A program made the translations under genes and the position numbers. A stretch of DNA of 64,000 nucleotides from a virus. The notes under the pieces were generated by a model. That model ran no database searches. It had not been told where the DNA came from and saw only the letters and a program-made list of their open reading frames with translations. Below, piece by piece: positions 61,141-64,000 of this stretch. The first letter of the stretch is position 1. Each line of letters starts with the position of its first letter. The DNA lies in the IMG/VR virus record IMGVR_UViG_3300032268_001078, positions 1-64,000 of that record; one strand, 5' to 3'.

Positions 61141-62754
61141 TTAGTATCCCATTCCCATATCCATCATTGATTGTGCATCATCTTTCTTTTCTTCAAAAAT
61201 AACACTTTCTGAAGTTAAAATAGTACTAGCTACTGATAATGCATTTTCTAGTGCTACTCTTGTTACTTTAAATGGATCTAAAATTCCAGCTTCATACGCA
61301 TTAACTACTTCTTGTTTTTTAGCATCATAAGTCAATTCAACGGATTTCATTAAATATCCAACTGTTTCAATATCTACGTCTAATCCTGCGTTGTCCATAA
61401 TTTTCATAAATGGACTACTAATAGCTTTAGCAATGATTTTCTTACCCATTGTTTCTTGAGTCATTCCAAGAGCAATGTTATACAATGGCCATCCACCACC
61501 TGGAATGATACCTTCTGCTAAAGCTGCTTTAGTAGCATACAATGCATCTTCAACACGATCTCTTTTTTCTTTAATTTCAAGATCACTGTTTCCACCAACT
61601 GAAATGATAGCAACTCCACCACTTAATTTAGCTAAACGTTCTTGTAGTTTTTCTTTTTCAAACATTGATTGAGCATTATCGATTTGATTTTTTAGTTCTT
61701 CTGCTCTTATTTCTAATGCTTCACTACTTCCTTTACCATCAACAATAGTTGTTGATTCTTTAGTAATAGTTACCATTCTAGCATTACCTAAACACTGTTC
61801 TAATACAGGACCTACAACTTTTTCAAGTTTAATACCTTGTTTTTTAACACTAACAACTTGTCCACCTGTTAATGTAGCCATGTCTTCTAACAATAATGTT
61901 CTACGATCACCATAGTCTGGTGCTTTAATAGCACATGCTTTAACTACACCTCTTGATTTATTAATTAATAATACTGCTAATGCTTCTTCACCAAATTCTT
62001 CAGCTACAATTACTAATGATTTGTTTTCACCACTTGCTTTTTGTAAAACAGGAACTAATTCAGCTGCTGAATTGATAACACCATCTACTAATAAAATCAT
62101 TGGATCATTTAATACTGCTTTCATTGTAGCATTGTCAGTTACAAAATAAGGTGATTTATAACCTCTTTCAAACTGCATACCTTCAACAAAGTCTAATACT
62201 GTCTCACCAGTTTTACTAGATTCAATAGTAACAATTCCATCATATCCAACTTCTTCAATTGCATCTGCTAATAAACGACCAATTTCTTCATCGTTGTTTC
62301 CTGAAATCGTAGCAATGTTAAATAATTGTTCATTTGAAGTAACAGGAACAGATAATGCTTTTAATTCATTAATAACTTCAGTTACTGCTGTTTCCATTTG
62401 TTGTTTTACTTCAACAACATTAGTACCTTTTTCAATTAACTTCATTCCTTCTTCAATCATAACAGTCGCTAAAAGAGTAGAAGTAGTAGTACCATCACCA
62501 GCTTCATTTGCTGATTTTACAGCTACTTGTTTTACTAGTTGTGCACCAATATTTTCAATATCATCATCTAATTTATGAAAACTTTTAGCTACACTAACAC
62601 CATCTTTAGTTGCTTTAATAGTTCCATCTGCTTCATTAATTAATACATTTCTGCCACCTGGGCCTAAAGTTGAACTTACACTAGCATTCAATTTAAGAAT
62701 GCCATCTAGTAATTTTTGTTTTAATTCGGTTCCGAATAATGTTTTTGTGCTCAT
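61141..62754 (-). CDS. groEL: chaperonin GroEL
   Basis: TLGPGGRNV, TKDGVSVA, AGDGTTT, EGMQFERGY, KLQERLAKLSGGVA, GIIPGGG. Confidence 0.97.
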   Translation of the reverse strand: MSTKTLFGTELKQKLLDGILKLNASVSSTLGPGGRNVLINEADGTIKATKDGVSVAKSFHKLDDDIENIGAQLVKQVAVKSANEAGDGTTTSTLLATVMIEEGMKLIEKGTNVVEVKQQMETAVTEVINELKALSVPVTSNEQLFNIATISGNNDEEIGRLLADAIEEVGYDGIVTIESSKTGETVLDFVEGMQFERGYKSPYFVTDNATMKAVLNDPMILLVDGVINSAAELVPVLQKASGENKSLVIVAEEFGEEALAVLLINKSRGVVKACAIKAPDYGDRRTLLLEDMATLTGGQVVSVKKQGIKLEKVVGPVLEQCLGNARMVTITKESTTIVDGKGSSEALEIRAEELKNQIDNAQSMFEKEKLQERLAKLSGGVAIISVGGNSDLEIKEKRDRVEDALYATKAALAEGIIPGGGWPLYNIALGMTQETMGKKIIAKAISSPFMKIMDNAGLDVDIETVGYLMKSVELTYDAKKQEVVNAYEAGILDPFKVTRVALENALSVASTILTSESVIFEEKKDDAQSMMDMGMGY

Positions 62755-63041
62755 TTTACAATTCCTATAATATCTGTTTCTTTACAAATTACATAATCTT
62801 CATTGTCAAGTGAAATAATTTGGCTACCCATTCTTGGTACCAAAACTATGTCTCCTGATTTCAATTCAGAATCTTTTGACTCGCCTCTGTGGAAGTTATA
62901 TGTAGGACTTACATCAATAACCTCACATACCAAAGATTTTTCTTTTCCCAAGTCTGGAAGATAAATAGCTCCGGCCATTTGTTCTTCTTCCTCAACTTGT
63001 TTTAGGACCATATGTCCATTTACTGGTTTTAGTGTTTTCAT
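62751..63041 (-). CDS. groES: co-chaperonin GroES
   Basis: LKPVNGHMVLK, AGAIYLPD, GDIVL, DIIGIV; adjacent to groEL. Confidence 0.9.
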   Translation of the reverse strand: MKTLKPVNGHMVLKQVEEEEQMAGAIYLPDLGKEKSLVCEVIDVSPTYNFHRGESKDSELKSGDIVLVPRMGSQIISLDNEDYVICKETDIIGIVK

Positions 63042-63325
63042 ATATCGAATTTATTACTTAATTTTGTCATCATTTCATCATATTGTTTGATAAAATCAGC
63101 TATAGTAGTTGTTTTATTGTTATTTACTAATAATTTAACTATAGATTTTAAAGCATGGCTTAAACTATTATAATAGCCAATATTTTCATCATTACCATTT
63201 TCTTTAGGTTTAACTACTGTGTAGCTCATCCCATCAAAGTAAATTACATAAGGATTGATTGCTTCATCTTCAATTTTTGAACTTGATTCTTCTCGTGATT
63301 TTTTTCTCAAAACTTTATTTTCCAT
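63038..63325 (-). CDS. hypothetical protein
   Basis: 95 aa; GYYNSL..AL motif. Confidence 0.7.
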   Translation of the reverse strand: MENKVLRKKSREESSSKIEDEAINPYVIYFDGMSYTVVKPKENGNDENIGYYNSLSHALKSIVKLLVNNNKTTTIADFIKQYDEMMTKLSNKFDI

Positions 63326-63342
63326 GTTTATAATATAATAAT

Positions 63343-63555
63343 TTACTCAGGAAAAACCAAAGAAAGTTGACCATCGTCTATATGTTCAACGTCTTGAATT
63401 TCATTTACAAAATAGTAAAATCCTTGAGCTTGGAAGACTTTATCATAGTCTCCTTTATATTTAAACCATTTAACGTCAATTTCCTTGTGGTCGGCTATTT
63501 TGCGGCCTACTAGGTATAACTGATCTTGTACTTTGATTATTTCCTTTTGTAGCAT
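63343..63555 (-). CDS. hypothetical protein
   Basis: Likely start MLQKEIIKV. Confidence 0.5.
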   Translation of the reverse strand: MLQKEIIKVQDQLYLVGRKIADHKEIDVKWFKYKGDYDKVFQAQGFYYFVNEIQDVEHIDDGQLSLVFPE

Positions 63556-63895
63556 AACTTGTTGATTTATTAGATATAACGGGTGTTGGGTTAAATGTTT
63601 TTGTAGGTTCAGGTTTAACAAATGGAGATTCACTCACATTAAATTTTCTTACTCCAGGAATTTCTGTAATTTCAGCAATAACCTTATCATGAACTTCTTG
63701 CGAAAATTTTCCACCATATGGATATGGATCTACTTTTACTACAGCAGCAATTCTATCTTTATCTAAGTGTCGAGTATTTAATGTAACAACACCAGCAATA
63801 CTTCTAATCTCGCTGTTTATTTCACCTTGGGTTTTTTCTGTATTACTTGTACTTAAAAACAGTGTGCCTTTTATACTATATGTAGTTCTAGCCAT
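63476..63895 (-). CDS. hypothetical late-type protein
   Basis: 139 aa; ATATTTAT at 63901-63908. Confidence 0.65.
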   Translation of the reverse strand: MARTTYSIKGTLFLSTSNTEKTQGEINSEIRSIAGVVTLNTRHLDKDRIAAVVKVDPYPYGGKFSQEVHDKVIAEITEIPGVRKFNVSESPFVKPEPTKTFNPTPVISNKSTSYATKGNNQSTRSVIPSRPQNSRPQGN

Positions 63896-64000
63896 TTGTA
63901 ATAAATATATACTAATCAGCTAGTTTTACAACAAAATACACAGATGTTGTATTATCTTCAGTAAATTCTAATTTTAGTAAACCAGCTTCATTGATTTTTG

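Larger units (their letters stand above)
7119..63908 (-). promoter_or_regulatory. class III (late-type) motif ATATTTAT, dispersed
   Basis: Copies at 7119, 7606, 11746, 13609, 23563, 24338, 26819, 30083, 45962, 48334, 48598, 50077, 54561, 55019, 61125 and 63901, each 0-22 nt upstream of a start codon. An AT-only 8-mer is also common by chance, so the support is positional. Confidence 0.55.

Noticed and set aside
2163-62578. Plus-strand ORFs in the track (e.g. 2163-2348, 4297-4725, 5547-5861, 53613-53921, 58749-59171, 62294-62578)
   Set aside because: They are antisense shadows of well-supported minus-strand genes, with no recognisable motifs or promoter/start context
63343-63370. C-terminal QLSLVF as a sliding-clamp-binding motif
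   Set aside because: It is a single imperfect match in a short ORF of uncertain start, too weak to report
33331-63633. Short minus-strand alternative-frame ORFs nested in larger genes (12370-12744, 25699-25899, 37933-38169, 50240-50464, 55775-55975, 56797-57033)
   Set aside because: They lie wholly within supported genes in another frame and have no independent signals
1-64000. Stop-codon reassignment (alternative genetic code)
   Set aside because: Conserved genes are full length under code 11, TGA and TAA terminate genes at coupled junctions, and no suppressor tRNA is seen
1-64000. Eukaryotic giant virus or bacterial chromosome origin
   Set aside because: Sigma factors, holin/endolysin, gp44/gp62-like loaders, single-strand gene packing and phage-type promoters point to a tailed phage

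Overview
A 64 kb segment of a large, very AT-rich dsDNA tailed phage (jumbo-type) that most likely infects Bacteroidota. Evidence for the host is a Bacteroidota-type ECF sigma and T9SS-type C-terminal sorting domains. Evidence for a phage is T4 gp44/gp62-like clamp loader genes, tRNAs, holins/endolysin, GroEL/GroES and free-standing homing endonucleases. Essentially all real genes are on the minus strand; the plus-strand ORFs in the track look like shadows. 1-29 kb is an early/accessory region punctuated by 17 copies of one phage-type promoter (GGGG-N18-GTGTAAT). It holds three sigma-70-family genes, MoxR ATPase plus VWA-metallopeptidase, UvsE, DNA ligase, and three tandem arrays of translationally coupled 36-75 aa microproteins, mostly missing from the ORF track. 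These microproteins have unrelated bodies but share C-terminal YLDL, YYEL or DL(D/E)xL motifs. 30-45.7 kb is a 16-gene nucleotide-sugar/glycosyltransferase locus with an RfbH-like enzyme and a TPP-dependent E1 alpha/beta pair. 46-52.4 kb holds replication accessories, a nucleotidyltransferase and a tRNA cluster containing a chimeric tRNA-Glu duplicate, two aberrant tRNA-like RNAs and a structured ncRNA candidate. 53-61 kb holds lysis genes and a secreted-protein module (CsgG-like lipoprotein, cohesin/dockerin-like T9SS cargo, GEVED protein, putative beta-barrel, HExxH peptidase). The window ends with GroEL/GroES. All family calls come from recognising motifs by eye; no searches were run.
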